From assembly GCF_001462395.1 (NCBI RefSeq), contig NZ_LNTB01000001.1, positions 60,001 through 92,000 of the forward strand: a stretch of 32,000 nucleotides of DNA, in the 5' to 3' direction. This document shows positions 16,784-25,897 of the stretch, piece after piece; within the stretch, counting starts at the first letter, position 1, and the number at the start of each line of letters is the position of its first letter. The DNA is from Pyrodictium occultum (lineage in GTDB: Archaea > Thermoproteota > Thermoprotei_A > Sulfolobales > Pyrodictiaceae). The position numbers and the translations under genes are program-made. The notes beneath the pieces were generated by a model. It was not told the origin of the DNA. It saw nothing but the letters and a program-made list of their open reading frames with translations, and did not search any database.

Positions 16784-17407
16784 GTGGCTATGCACAGCCT
16801 ACAGCGGCGCCAGCGGCGGCTCGAGGCTGTCAACCAGCTACTACTACCCCTACTAAGGGGTGCTAGACGGTACTACACTGCATGGAGGCTGGTCAACCCG
16901 CTCCTGACAGGCGTCTCAAGGGTAGACGAGTCCAGCGACTACACGGTCACCGTGGTGACTCTGCAGCTTCCGGCCAGCAGCCCCCTGGTAGTAGCGCTCT
17001 ACACAAGCACGCAGGAGAGCAGGCCCATCTCCCCGAGCCAGCTGCAACGCCGCATAAGGAGGCTCCGCAGCCGTGTAGCCAGCTTGAGAGGCAAGGTGTT
17101 CAACAGGGCCGACCTAGTATACATAATCTACGCTCCACGCGGCTTTACGGTAGGTGCGAGGAGGATGGCCCGGAGAGAAGCAGTGAACCTAGCATCACGC
17201 ATCGAGGACGCCATAAAGGCCCTTGCCAGGTTTGTGGGTAGAAGGCTTGCGAGGCTCACGGAGAAGCTCCGCGGCAGGAGGATATGGGGCGAAGTACCTC
17301 TCCTCCTATACGCGCTCCAGGAGCTCACGGTTTCTCTAGGAGCCGGGGCCAGGCTGGTGAGCAGAGAACTGGCTGTCAAGCTTGCAGAGAGGGGAGGCAC
17401 CATTTAA
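16784..17407 (+). CDS. hypothetical Arg-rich protein
   Basis: 207-aa ORF with a GTG start (ATG two codons later) and host-like GC-rich codon usage. No catalytic motif recognised. Confidence 0.4.
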   Translation: MAMHSLQRRQRRLEAVNQLLLPLLRGARRYYTAWRLVNPLLTGVSRVDESSDYTVTVVTLQLPASSPLVVALYTSTQESRPISPSQLQRRIRRLRSRVASLRGKVFNRADLVYIIYAPRGFTVGARRMARREAVNLASRIEDAIKALARFVGRRLARLTEKLRGRRIWGEVPLLLYALQELTVSLGAGARLVSRELAVKLAERGGTI

Positions 17408-17411
17408 CCGC

Positions 17412-17438
17412 GGGGATGGCCCTAAAGACCCCATCCCC
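17412..17438 (+). terminator. 8-bp hairpin GGGGATGG-(11 nt)-CCATCCCC immediately after the stop at 17407
   Basis: A perfect inverted repeat begins 5 nt after the TAA. A role as terminator or RNA 3'-end structure is inferred only. Confidence 0.3.
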
Positions 17439-18219
17439 CAAGACAGCGCGCCTTTATGTAACTCCGCTATTCCACCCCACTAGGAGCCGGGTAGGGCCCG
17501 TGCTGGTTATGAGCTACCTCTGAAGCTTACCCCGACATGATTATGCTTAGGCTGCAGGTCTGGATCCCTCGTCCTCCTCCCTGAAGCGCGTGAAAGATGC
17601 GGCGAGCCTCTAGGCTGTCCATCAACGATCATCGCTAATGGATGAAACACTTACTACTATCATAAACTACCATAATTTATAAATTTTTGTATCTAATAAG
17701 TGGAGTGGTTGCAGCAAATTTTCTCTTCTCGAGCTACATGGAGCATCATACCCTCATATAGGCCTGGGCTTCTATCCTGTGCGGGTGCATGCAGGGGCTC
17801 TCCCGGATCAACCGTAATCCCTATGGTACGGGGTTCATATCGCCTAATATATAGGTAAACTCTCTATAATTGTTACATAAATGCATAACAGGTTAACATG
17901 AGATATGCGCCGCTATGATACCTTGCAGGGAGGGGCTAACAGTGCACGTAGCCTGTCAGGCTAAGCAAGAGGCCTGCATGCCAGCGCCAATCGCCTGTCC
18001 AGGCAGCAAAACCTCTTTAAATTCCATCAAGCAGTATGTAATAATAAGAATTTTCTTCATACTAAGGTTTTATGAGGCTACCCAGGATAGAGTCCTTCCC
18101 AGCAAGGGTATTACCAGGTACTCTTCTTCGAGGCTTCTTCCTTCCTCTTAATTGGAATTGACAATTGACTCTTAGCACCCCACCCCTTGCTCATGGAATT
18201 TTGCTTGGCTAGAAGAGGC

Positions 18220-18227
18220 TTTATACA
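18220..18227 (+). promoter_or_regulatory. TATA box candidate (TTTATACA) for fbp
   Basis: It lies only 10 nt upstream of the track ATG 18237. That spacing argues the real start is downstream (GTG 18249/18252 or ATG 18264). Confidence 0.4.
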
Positions 18228-18263
18228 ACCGCATTTATGGTGGCTAGAGTGGTGAAGTCCACA

Positions 18264-19442
18264 ATGTCCGACGAGAGGCGTGTAACGATAAGCGTGATAA
18301 AGGCTGATATAGGGAGTATAGCCGGCCACCACAAGGTTCACCCTGACACCATGGCTGCAGCGGCACGTGTCCTCGCCGAGGCTAAGAGAAAGGGCACCAT
18401 CATAGACTACTATGTAACCCACGTTGGTGACGACCTCCAGCTCATAATGACACACCGTAAGGGTGTTGACAGCTCTGATATACATGGCCTCGCCTGGGAG
18501 GCCTTCAAGAAGGCGGCTGAGGTGGCTAAGGAGCTAGGCCTCTATGCTGCCGGGCAGGATCTGCTCAGCGACGCATTCTCCGGCAATGTGCGGGGTCTGG
18601 GCCCCGGCGTAGCCGAGATGGAGATAGTGGAGAGGCGCAGCGAGCCAATAGTAGTGTTCATGGCTGACAAGACCGAGCCTGGCGCTTTCAACCTGCCGCT
18701 CTTCAAGATATTTGCGGATCCCTTCAACACTGCCGGTCTTGTGATAGACCCGAGGATGCATGATGGCTTCAAGTTTGAGGTGCTCGACCTCTATGAGGGC
18801 AAGTACGTTGTGCTAAACTCGCCCGAGGAGATGTATGACCTGCTGGCTCTCATAGGTACACCCAGCCGCTATGTGATAAAGAGGGTGTATAGGAAGAGCG
18901 ACGATGAGATAGCAGCTGTTGTGAGCAGCGAGAGGCTCAACTTGATAGCAGGCCGCTACGTGGGCAAGGATGATCCAGTAGCTATCGTGCGTGCCCAGAG
19001 CGGGTTCCCGGCGCTCGGCGAGATACTCGAGCCCTTCAGCTTCCCCCACCTCGTGGCTGGCTGGATGAGGGGCAGCCACTGGGGCCCGCTGATGCCTGTC
19101 GGCCTGCGCGACGCTAAGTGCACCAGATTCGACGGCCCTCCAAGGATAATAGGGCTGGGCTTCAACATAACCAAGGGTAGGCTGATAGGCCCGGTAGATC
19201 TATTCGACGATCCGGCGTTTGACGAGACCAGGAGGCTCGCGCAGCAGATAGCCGATTACATGAGGCGCCATGGCCCATTCATGCCCCACAGGCTGGGCCC
19301 AGAGGAGATGGAGTACACCACGCTACCCCAGGTGCTCGAGAAGCTCAAGAACAGGTTCACCGACGCCGAGTACTACACCAAGTACGTCCACGTGAAGCTG
19401 CGCGGTGTAGTCAAGGAGGCGGAGTCGGAGGCCCACGACTAG
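18264..19442 (+). CDS. fbp: bifunctional fructose-1,6-bisphosphate aldolase/phosphatase (class V FBPase)
   Basis: It is near-colinear with the Sulfolobus tokodaii enzyme as I recall it. Shared blocks include TISVIKADIGS, HVGDDLQLIMTH, LYAAGQDLLSDAFSGNVRGLGPGVAEMEI, MRGSHWGPLMPV and FDDPAFDETRR. Homologues start about where ATG 18264 lies. Confidence 0.9.
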   Translation: MSDERRVTISVIKADIGSIAGHHKVHPDTMAAAARVLAEAKRKGTIIDYYVTHVGDDLQLIMTHRKGVDSSDIHGLAWEAFKKAAEVAKELGLYAAGQDLLSDAFSGNVRGLGPGVAEMEIVERRSEPIVVFMADKTEPGAFNLPLFKIFADPFNTAGLVIDPRMHDGFKFEVLDLYEGKYVVLNSPEEMYDLLALIGTPSRYVIKRVYRKSDDEIAAVVSSERLNLIAGRYVGKDDPVAIVRAQSGFPALGEILEPFSFPHLVAGWMRGSHWGPLMPVGLRDAKCTRFDGPPRIIGLGFNITKGRLIGPVDLFDDPAFDETRRLAQQIADYMRRHGPFMPHRLGPEEMEYTTLPQVLEKLKNRFTDAEYYTKYVHVKLRGVVKEAESEAHD

Positions 19443-19448
19443 CGCTCC

Positions 19449-19461
19449 TCCCCGGGTTTTT
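19449..19461 (+). terminator. oligo-T terminator candidate TCCCCGGGTTTTT after fbp
   Basis: The T5 run lies 15 nt after the fbp stop. The 13-mer is identical to the one at 14565-14577. Confidence 0.4.
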
Positions 19462-19602
19462 GAGCCAATAGCCTAAAAGTTACGTCCCCACTGCACTGAG
19501 TCTAGTCCTTCAGCTGGCTCGTCCACCGCGCCTACCCGGGGCGCTAAGCCCTAAATCCTTGAGGCTGTGGCGCCGGCTCTCCTGGCCTGGGGGCGTAGCA
19601 TT

Positions 19603-20385
19603 ATGGGTACGGTGCTTCTCTCCTCGCTACATGCGCAGTACACGTCGCACAGGAAGGAGGAGACCAGCGGCGCCCCGGAGCCCCGGGGGCTGCCGGTGCT
19701 GGCTGTGAACTACAAGGCTTATCCAACAGCCTTCGGCAGTGCCGGGCTAGCCATAGCGCTCTCGGCCGAGAAGCTCGCGGAGCAGTACGATGGTATAGTG
19801 CGCTTCATACTGGCGGTGCCAGCTACCGAGATAGCTAGGATAAGCGAGGCTCTGGACAAGGTTGTTGTATACGCGCAGCACGTGGATCCAGTAGAGCCTG
19901 GCGCCTACACGGGCTTTATCCCGCTAGAGGCGGTCAAGGAGGCTGGAGCAAAGGGCACGCTGCTCAACCATAGCGAGCGCCGCCTACGCCTCAGCGACAT
20001 AGACCTCCTGGTTAGGCGTGCTACAAGCCTCGGGCTGGAGACGCTTGTCTGCGCGGACACCCCCGCTGCCGCTGCTGCTGCGGCTGTGTTCGCTCCTACG
20101 ATGGTGGCTGTGGAGCCGCCGGAGCTTATAGGTACGGGCTTACCTGTCTCCAAGGCTAAGCCGGAAGTGATAACATCCAGTATAAGAATGGTTAGGATGA
20201 TCAACCCTGAGGTGCCGGTGCTTGCCGGTGCAGGGATAACCAGCGGCGAGGACGCGGCCAGGGCGCTGGAGCTTGGGGCAGCCGGCGTGCTAGTGGCCTC
20301 AGCGGTTATGAAGGCCAAGGACCCGGAGGCTAAGATGCTGGAGCTGGCCGAAGCCTTGGCAAAGGCTGCTGAGAAGCAGGGATAG
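19603..20385 (+). CDS. tpiA: triosephosphate isomerase (archaeal type)
   Basis: AVNYKAY, NHSERR, VAVEPPELIGTG and PVSKAKPEVIT match archaeal TIM. The start is uncertain. ATG 19603 leaves a ~30-aa extension, whereas GTG 19696 (MLAVNYKAY) gives a canonical length. Confidence 0.85.
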   Translation: MGTVLLSSLHAQYTSHRKEETSGAPEPRGLPVLAVNYKAYPTAFGSAGLAIALSAEKLAEQYDGIVRFILAVPATEIARISEALDKVVVYAQHVDPVEPGAYTGFIPLEAVKEAGAKGTLLNHSERRLRLSDIDLLVRRATSLGLETLVCADTPAAAAAAAVFAPTMVAVEPPELIGTGLPVSKAKPEVITSSIRMVRMINPEVPVLAGAGITSGEDAARALELGAAGVLVASAVMKAKDPEAKMLELAEALAKAAEKQG

Positions 20386-20470
20386 AGTCCGCCGGCCCGG
20401 GGGGCGGAAGGGGTATAGAGCCCCCCGGCGGTGGAGACTCCGGAAGCCACGGGGCCACCCCGGGCTGGCT

Positions 20471-20545
<75 letters not shown>

Positions 20546-20610
20546 CCACACGCCCCTGCTGGTCCACGCCACTCCTAGAGGGCTCCCGGCCGCCCCGGCA
20601 TAGACGTGGC

Positions 20611-22314
20611 ATGTGGGTCCAAGCAGCTCTGATATCTCCATCCACCCGGGCTGCTAGAGAGGGCTTCCTGGCCTTGTCCGGCAGGATTGCTGAAGGGGGC
20701 ACACTGGGGTTTAGAGAGGCCTTCAGCATCGGAGTTGGGGGCATGATTGGTGGCGGTATATTCGCCGTCCTGGGCCTCAGCCTGCAGCTGGCGGGGGCCG
20801 GGGCCCCGGTGGCGTTCCTCCTCGCCGGGCTCGTTGCGCTTGCTACGGCCTACTCTTACGCAAGGCTCACCATGAGGTACCCGAGCCGCGGCGGCACGGT
20901 GGAGTTCCTCGTCCGGGGCTATGGCCCCGGGCTGGTGGCCGGCGGGCTCAACATCCTCCTCATAGTGAGCTACACGGTTATGATATCGCTTTACGCCTAC
21001 GCTTTCGGGAGCTACGCTGCCAGCCTGGCCGGCGGCGGCCGACTGCTCTCCCACCTCCTGGCTAGCCTGGTTATAGTCGTATTCACCCTCGTCAATGCGC
21101 TCGGCGGGCTAGTGTCAAGCAGGGTTGAGGATGCGCTCGTGTTCTTTAAGCTGGCCGTCCTCCTCCTGGTCGCCCTGCCGGGGCTGTTGATGGTTGAGTG
21201 GAGCAGGTTCTCCCCCTCCAGGTGGCCGCAGCTATCAAGCATAGTTGTAGGAGGGATGATCATATTCCTAGCCTATGAGGGGTTTGAGCTAATAGCCAAT
21301 GCGGCGGGCGAGGCCTCCTCCCTGGAGGACTTGTCAAAAGCCTACTACGCCTCGGTGGCCACTGTGACAGCTGTCTACATCGCTATAGCCCTCGTGTCCG
21401 CCGGCATACTCTCGCCCTCTGAGGTCGTGAGGGCCCGCGACTACGCGCTCGCGGAGGTGGCCTCCAGGGAGATGGGTTCGGCGGGCTTCTATACCGTTGT
21501 TGCGGCCGCCCTGGCCTCGACGGCCTCAGCGATAAACGCTACCCTATATGGTACAGCGGGGATAAGCTACGTGGTGGCTAGGTATGGGCAGTTGCCGCGC
21601 GTAATGGCCAAGAGCGTCTGGAGGCACGCCCCCGAGGGCTTGTTAATAATAGCGTTGGCCTCCCTCGTGCTCGTGAACACTGAGGGACTAGAGGCCATAG
21701 CTTTCGCGGGCAGCGCTGGCTTCCTCCTCATATTCGCCATGGTGGACCTCGCCGCCTACAGGTTGCGTAGAGAGGCCAAGGCTAACCCCCTTCTAGCCCT
21801 CACGGGCTTCCTCTCATCGCTGGCTGTCCTGGCGCTCCTGGTGGGCTACACTGCTGCCCGCGAGCCGGGCCAGGCGGCGCTCTTTCTGCTCCTCCTGGCG
21901 GGCTCGTTCGCCGCGGAGTGGCTCTACCGGGCCGCTACTGGCCGGAGGATAGCCGGCTACATAGACTATCGGCTCGTTGAGAGGGAGAGGCTGAAGATGG
22001 GGTGGAGGCAGTGGATCCCACGGGTAGTGGCGGTGCTCAACCGCGTACTCAGGGACTTCGAGCTCTATCTCGTGGGCGGCATAGCCCGTGGGGAGCTAGA
22101 GCAGTCGCACGACGTGGACCTCCTTGTAGCCACGAGCGAGAAGATGTCATCCAGGAAGCTCGAGGCCAGGGTTAGGAGGGAGGCGGGGCTCCAGTTGCAC
22201 CCCCTCCATATACACGTCTCCTCGCCCCAGGAGAAGGAGAAGTGGCTCCGCCGCAGCGGCCGCTACCTAAAGCTTACAGAGAAGAAGCCGGCTGAGCAGA
22301 GGAGGACCAGCTAG
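20611..22314 (+). CDS. APC-family amino acid permease fused in frame to a C-terminal minimal nucleotidyltransferase (MNT-like) domain
   Basis: I start at ATG 20611, downstream of tRNA-Arg. The first TM segment FSIGVGGMIGGGIFAVLG is typical of APC permeases, and ~12 hydrophobic segments follow. The last ~105 aa contain LVGGIARGELEQSHDVDLLV (22075-22119), which is the G[GS]-x10-DxD NTase motif. An internal in-frame ATG lies at 21997. Confidence 0.75.
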   Translation: MWVQAALISPSTRAAREGFLALSGRIAEGGTLGFREAFSIGVGGMIGGGIFAVLGLSLQLAGAGAPVAFLLAGLVALATAYSYARLTMRYPSRGGTVEFLVRGYGPGLVAGGLNILLIVSYTVMISLYAYAFGSYAASLAGGGRLLSHLLASLVIVVFTLVNALGGLVSSRVEDALVFFKLAVLLLVALPGLLMVEWSRFSPSRWPQLSSIVVGGMIIFLAYEGFELIANAAGEASSLEDLSKAYYASVATVTAVYIAIALVSAGILSPSEVVRARDYALAEVASREMGSAGFYTVVAAALASTASAINATLYGTAGISYVVARYGQLPRVMAKSVWRHAPEGLLIIALASLVLVNTEGLEAIAFAGSAGFLLIFAMVDLAAYRLRREAKANPLLALTGFLSSLAVLALLVGYTAAREPGQAALFLLLLAGSFAAEWLYRAATGRRIAGYIDYRLVERERLKMGWRQWIPRVVAVLNRVLRDFELYLVGGIARGELEQSHDVDLLVATSEKMSSRKLEARVRREAGLQLHPLHIHVSSPQEKEKWLRRSGRYLKLTEKKPAEQRRTS

Positions 22315-22463
22315 CGGTAGCGGAGCGCCACCGGCTCCACCCGGATACTCGGCGGCGGTTACAAGCCTCATTCCTGCCTCTCCGTCTCCCTCCAAACCTC
22401 CATAGTCCTCTCCCGGGACCTCGGCTCCCTAGCCAGTGGTGATCATATGTAGCGAGATCCAGC

Positions 22464-23239
22464 CTAGAGGCCCCTGATTATCCTTACAGCGTTCTCCACG
22501 GCTCTCCTAAGCTTCGCCCGGTTGAGCATGTAGCCTAGCAGGTACATCGGAGGCCCATCAACTCCACCCAGTGGAATAGAGGCCCCGTAAACCTGAGCTT
22601 CACGCCCTGGTGCTCGAAGACTCTACCATCGGCGAAGAGAACCCTGGTTCCGCCAGCGTCAAGCTCTGGTATTCTCCTCGGCCTCCTCCACTCCCCGGCT
22701 CTCCGCATGAACCACGTCCTGTCCTTCTCCAGTAGCTCCCTCCTCCTAGACGGGTAGTCTCCAATAATCCCTGCTCTAGCCTCTCGCAGCTCGGCTCGAA
22801 GCACGACAATAGAACGCTCTCATACCCGTGAGGCGGTACTATTATACGCGCGGTGGATGCACCGGCTGTCTCTGAGAAGAAGCTGACAGGGATGGAAGCG
22901 CCTACAGTGCTAGCTGAGAGGGTACAAGGTTATGACGTGTGACGCCTCCTTAAACCACCTTATCCACCATAGAGCGGATGGTTCCGATGCCGCTGCCCCG
23001 ATGCCTCACATGCCTGGGAAGTAGTGCTCCAGCGACGTTGAAGCCAAGGCCATTATGGCTACTATATCGAGAGCCCTGTCTCCCGATATCCTCAAGGAGG
23101 TTGAGGACAGCTCAAGGACTACAATATCTGGCCTCTTCGCTGCCCCATTTCCGGTACACGTATAGGGGCCAGAGCAGGCCCCAGTGCGATCGCGATCACC
23201 TCTCCGGCGTTCCCGTCTCGCGTGCGGGTTTGACAGCAT
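22464..23239 (-). pseudogene. possible decayed gene: one minus-strand frame broken by three stops plus a likely frameshift
   Basis: Track ORFs 23006..23239 and 22535..22804 are in the same frame. In-frame stops lie at 23006-23008 (TGA), 22910-22912 (TAG) and 22820-22822 (TGA). Near 22540 a +1 shift continues as DGPPMYLLGYMLNRAKLRRAVENAVRIIRGL to a stop at 22464-22466. No family recognised, and the stop depletion is weak. Confidence 0.2.
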
Positions 23240-24059
23240 GCCTAGGGTTGGGCTGCTCCAGTACCAGCCGGGCCGCGAGCCCCGCGAGAGTGGTGAGCGT
23301 GTCCTAGAGATACTGTCACGTTCGAGGGTGGAGGCCGGGCTGATACTGCTGCCAGAGTACGCTAACGTCTACCCCGCCGGCCTCTCCCGTGATGGGCTGA
23401 GGGAAAGGGCCGAAGGCCTGGGGGACAGTGTCTTCCTGGAAGCCCTGGGCAGGGCCTCGACAGAATATGGTGCATATATTGTATCAGGTTTTCTGGAGAG
23501 GGGCGGGGACTGTCTATACAGCTCTGTGGTGTCTGTGAAGCCTAGTGGCGGGGTCGAGCTTCTCTACCGGAAGACTCTGCTCTTCGACGCGCTGGGCTAC
23601 AGGGAGTCGAGCCTGCTCTGCCGGGGAGGAGAGCCGCCGAGAATCGTTAATGCTGCAGGGCTCCGTGTGGGCGCTCTCATCTGCTTCGAACTCCGCTTCC
23701 CCGAGGTGGCTCGCAGCCTGGCCCTGCGCGGCGCCGAGCTGGTGGCGGTGCCTACTGCATGGTACCGTGGCCCGGGTAAGGAGGAGCAGCTCCGCTTCCT
23801 CGCCCAGGCTAGGGCCTCGGAGAACACCGTCTACCTTGCTGTGGCCTCGGCTCTGGGGCCCGACTTCACCGGCCGTAGCATGGTTGTTGATCCACTGGGC
23901 TTCGTGGTTGTAGACGCGGGTGCCCGCGAAGGCTATGTGGAGGCTGAGGTCGACAGGGGCTATCTAGAGGAGGTACGCAGGCTCCTGCCCCTGCTCAGGC
24001 TCCAGCCCCTCGCGGCAAGGCTCATGGGGCTAGAGGAGGCCGAGCCAGGAGAGGACTAG
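23238..24059 (+). CDS. carbon-nitrogen hydrolase (nitrilase superfamily amidohydrolase)
   Basis: The Glu-Lys-Cys triad context is present: LILLPEYA, LYRKTLLFD, GALICFELRFPE. I start at ATG 23238 (MPRVGLLQY), the typical N-terminus of the family. Confidence 0.8.
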   Translation: MPRVGLLQYQPGREPRESGERVLEILSRSRVEAGLILLPEYANVYPAGLSRDGLRERAEGLGDSVFLEALGRASTEYGAYIVSGFLERGGDCLYSSVVSVKPSGGVELLYRKTLLFDALGYRESSLLCRGGEPPRIVNAAGLRVGALICFELRFPEVARSLALRGAELVAVPTAWYRGPGKEEQLRFLAQARASENTVYLAVASALGPDFTGRSMVVDPLGFVVVDAGAREGYVEAEVDRGYLEEVRRLLPLLRLQPLAARLMGLEEAEPGED

Positions 24060-24380
24060 TGTTGCTATCACAGTATACACTGCGCCCACTACAGCGATCT
24101 TGAGCAGCTGACGCCATGTAGGCTTCCTAGCCGCCGCACCGCCAACACCCAGGGCGAGCAGGTAGAGGCCGAGCACGTTGGACGCTGTGTAGCCTATGTA
24201 GAAGCCCAGAGGCTTGGCTAGTCCAAACAGCCTCTCGAGAACCCATGCAACAGCCAGCGCTATGGGCACGTTTACGAACGCGTCGTTCCACCAGGAGAGC
24301 GGGCTGAGAATGTAGCCTACGACGCCCACCAGGGCCCATAGGATCCTCTTCCTAGCGCCGGCCATCTCCGGGGCAGGCAT
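24030..24380 (-). CDS. small membrane protein, function unknown
   Basis: 116 aa with three to four hydrophobic segments. It overlaps the 3' end of the C-N hydrolase gene by 30 nt (convergent). Confidence 0.45.
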   Translation of the reverse strand: MPAPEMAGARKRILWALVGVVGYILSPLSWWNDAFVNVPIALAVAWVLERLFGLAKPLGFYIGYTASNVLGLYLLALGVGGAAARKPTWRQLLKIAVVGAVYTVIATLVLSWLGLL

Positions 24381-24496
24381 AGCTCCCCGCCCTCGATATT
24401 CTCTACTACACCTACACTGAATTGATGTACACTAGATCACATTGTATTGTAACCCAAATATGGCTCTTATGCTTGCCTGGGAGCCGCCCAGAATCC

Positions 24497-25819
24497 ATGG
24501 GGTTGAAGAGGCGGCTGCCGGCGATTGGAGGACACGGTGTAGACGCCATGGTACTTCCGGAGGAGGTCGCCGCTAGAGTGCTAGCCGAGACGGTGAGGAG
24601 CCGCACCTCGCTGCGCGACACAGCGACCAGGTTCTTCAGCCGCCACCCCGAGCTGGACTATATGAAGCCTGTCGTGAGGGTACTAACGCTGGGCGTTGCC
24701 CGTAACTACATCCTGCTTGACAGGGTCCTCACCAGCCTCGGTTATGGCCCAGCAAGCCATTCTACGAGGTGGATGCTTGCCCGCACGCTTGCCTACGAGG
24801 CGATAAGCGGTAAGCTGAAGCCGAGCCGCGCCCGTAGGCTGGCACCCCGCGCAGGCCTCGACCCGGAGAAGATCCTTGAGCTGCGCGGCGCGGATCCAGG
24901 GGAGTTCGTCCGGGGGCTTAGCGGGGTTGAGAGGCTTAGCGTCCTCTACAGCTTTCCGCGCTGGATGATAGAGGAGCTTATGGAGGCCGAGATACCCGAG
25001 CTGCCCAAGCTGCTTGCGGCCCTCAACCGGGACCCCGTGCGTTGGATACGCGTGAAGCCCGGCGTGGACATGGAGCGGCTGAGGGAGAGGCTCGGCCGCC
25101 AGGGGGTGGTTATTGAGCCGGATAGGGACCTCCCCGACGTTGCCAGGATAGTATCCGGCGACTCCATGGCCGCCAGGACCGAGGAGTACCAGAAGGGCCT
25201 CTACGTTATTCAGGACAAGGCCTCAGCCCTGGTCTCCTGGGTGGCCTCGCCCAGCGGGAAGGTGGCCGTAGACCCTACAGCAGGTGCGGCGGTGAAAGCG
25301 AGCCACATGGCCTGGCTGGGCGCCCGCTACGTCGTTGCAGGCGATGTTAAACCCTCCAGGCTGGTCGAGGCTAAACGGACCCGGGCCCGCCTCTCCATCG
25401 GGCACCTGGTAGACCTCGTAGCTGGAGACGCCCGCAGCCCCTACCTAAGGAGATTCGACACCGCAATCGTGGACCCGCCGTGTACCGATATAGGGAGGCT
25501 CCAGTACGAGCCCGAGGTTAAGCTCTGGCTTGGCCGCGGCGACCTACACTACTTCCGCAGGCTCCAGCTCCGCATAGTCTCGGCGGTGGCGGAGGCAGCT
25601 CCTCCACGCAGCACCATAGTCTACAGCGTCTGCACGCTGACCAGAAGCGAGACTATATGGGTTGTGAGGAGGCTCCTTGAGCGCCATCAGGAGCTAGAGC
25701 TTGTGGAGCCGGAGCCGGTGCTAGGGGAGAGGCCCCGCCGGCTGCCCAGGAGCCAGCGCCTACTCCCCCACTTGCACGGCACGCAGGGCTTCTTCATAGC
25801 CAAGCTGGTCAAGCTCTAG
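24497..25819 (+). CDS. NOL1/NOP2/Sun-family RNA cytosine-C5 methyltransferase
   Basis: Motif IV is IVDPPCTDIG and motif VI is VYSVCTLTRSE, together providing the two catalytic Cys. An N-terminal NusB-like region is present. The start is uncertain (ATG 24497 or 24548); the track start 24422 lies in AT-rich promoter-like DNA. Confidence 0.8.
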   Translation: MGLKRRLPAIGGHGVDAMVLPEEVAARVLAETVRSRTSLRDTATRFFSRHPELDYMKPVVRVLTLGVARNYILLDRVLTSLGYGPASHSTRWMLARTLAYEAISGKLKPSRARRLAPRAGLDPEKILELRGADPGEFVRGLSGVERLSVLYSFPRWMIEELMEAEIPELPKLLAALNRDPVRWIRVKPGVDMERLRERLGRQGVVIEPDRDLPDVARIVSGDSMAARTEEYQKGLYVIQDKASALVSWVASPSGKVAVDPTAGAAVKASHMAWLGARYVVAGDVKPSRLVEAKRTRARLSIGHLVDLVAGDARSPYLRRFDTAIVDPPCTDIGRLQYEPEVKLWLGRGDLHYFRRLQLRIVSAVAEAAPPRSTIVYSVCTLTRSETIWVVRRLLERHQELELVEPEPVLGERPRRLPRSQRLLPHLHGTQGFFIAKLVKL

Positions 25820-25897
25820 CGGCAAATCCATGTATAGCCCTCCGCCCTCTCCAGCCGCAGCCCCGGGGGACACGGGCAGCGGGAGGGAGACTCCATC

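Noticed and set aside
17408-18263. AT-rich region considered as a replication origin
   Set aside because: I found no repeated ORB or mini-ORB-like elements (TCCA..GGAAA type). There is no adjacent orc1/cdc6 or whiP gene.
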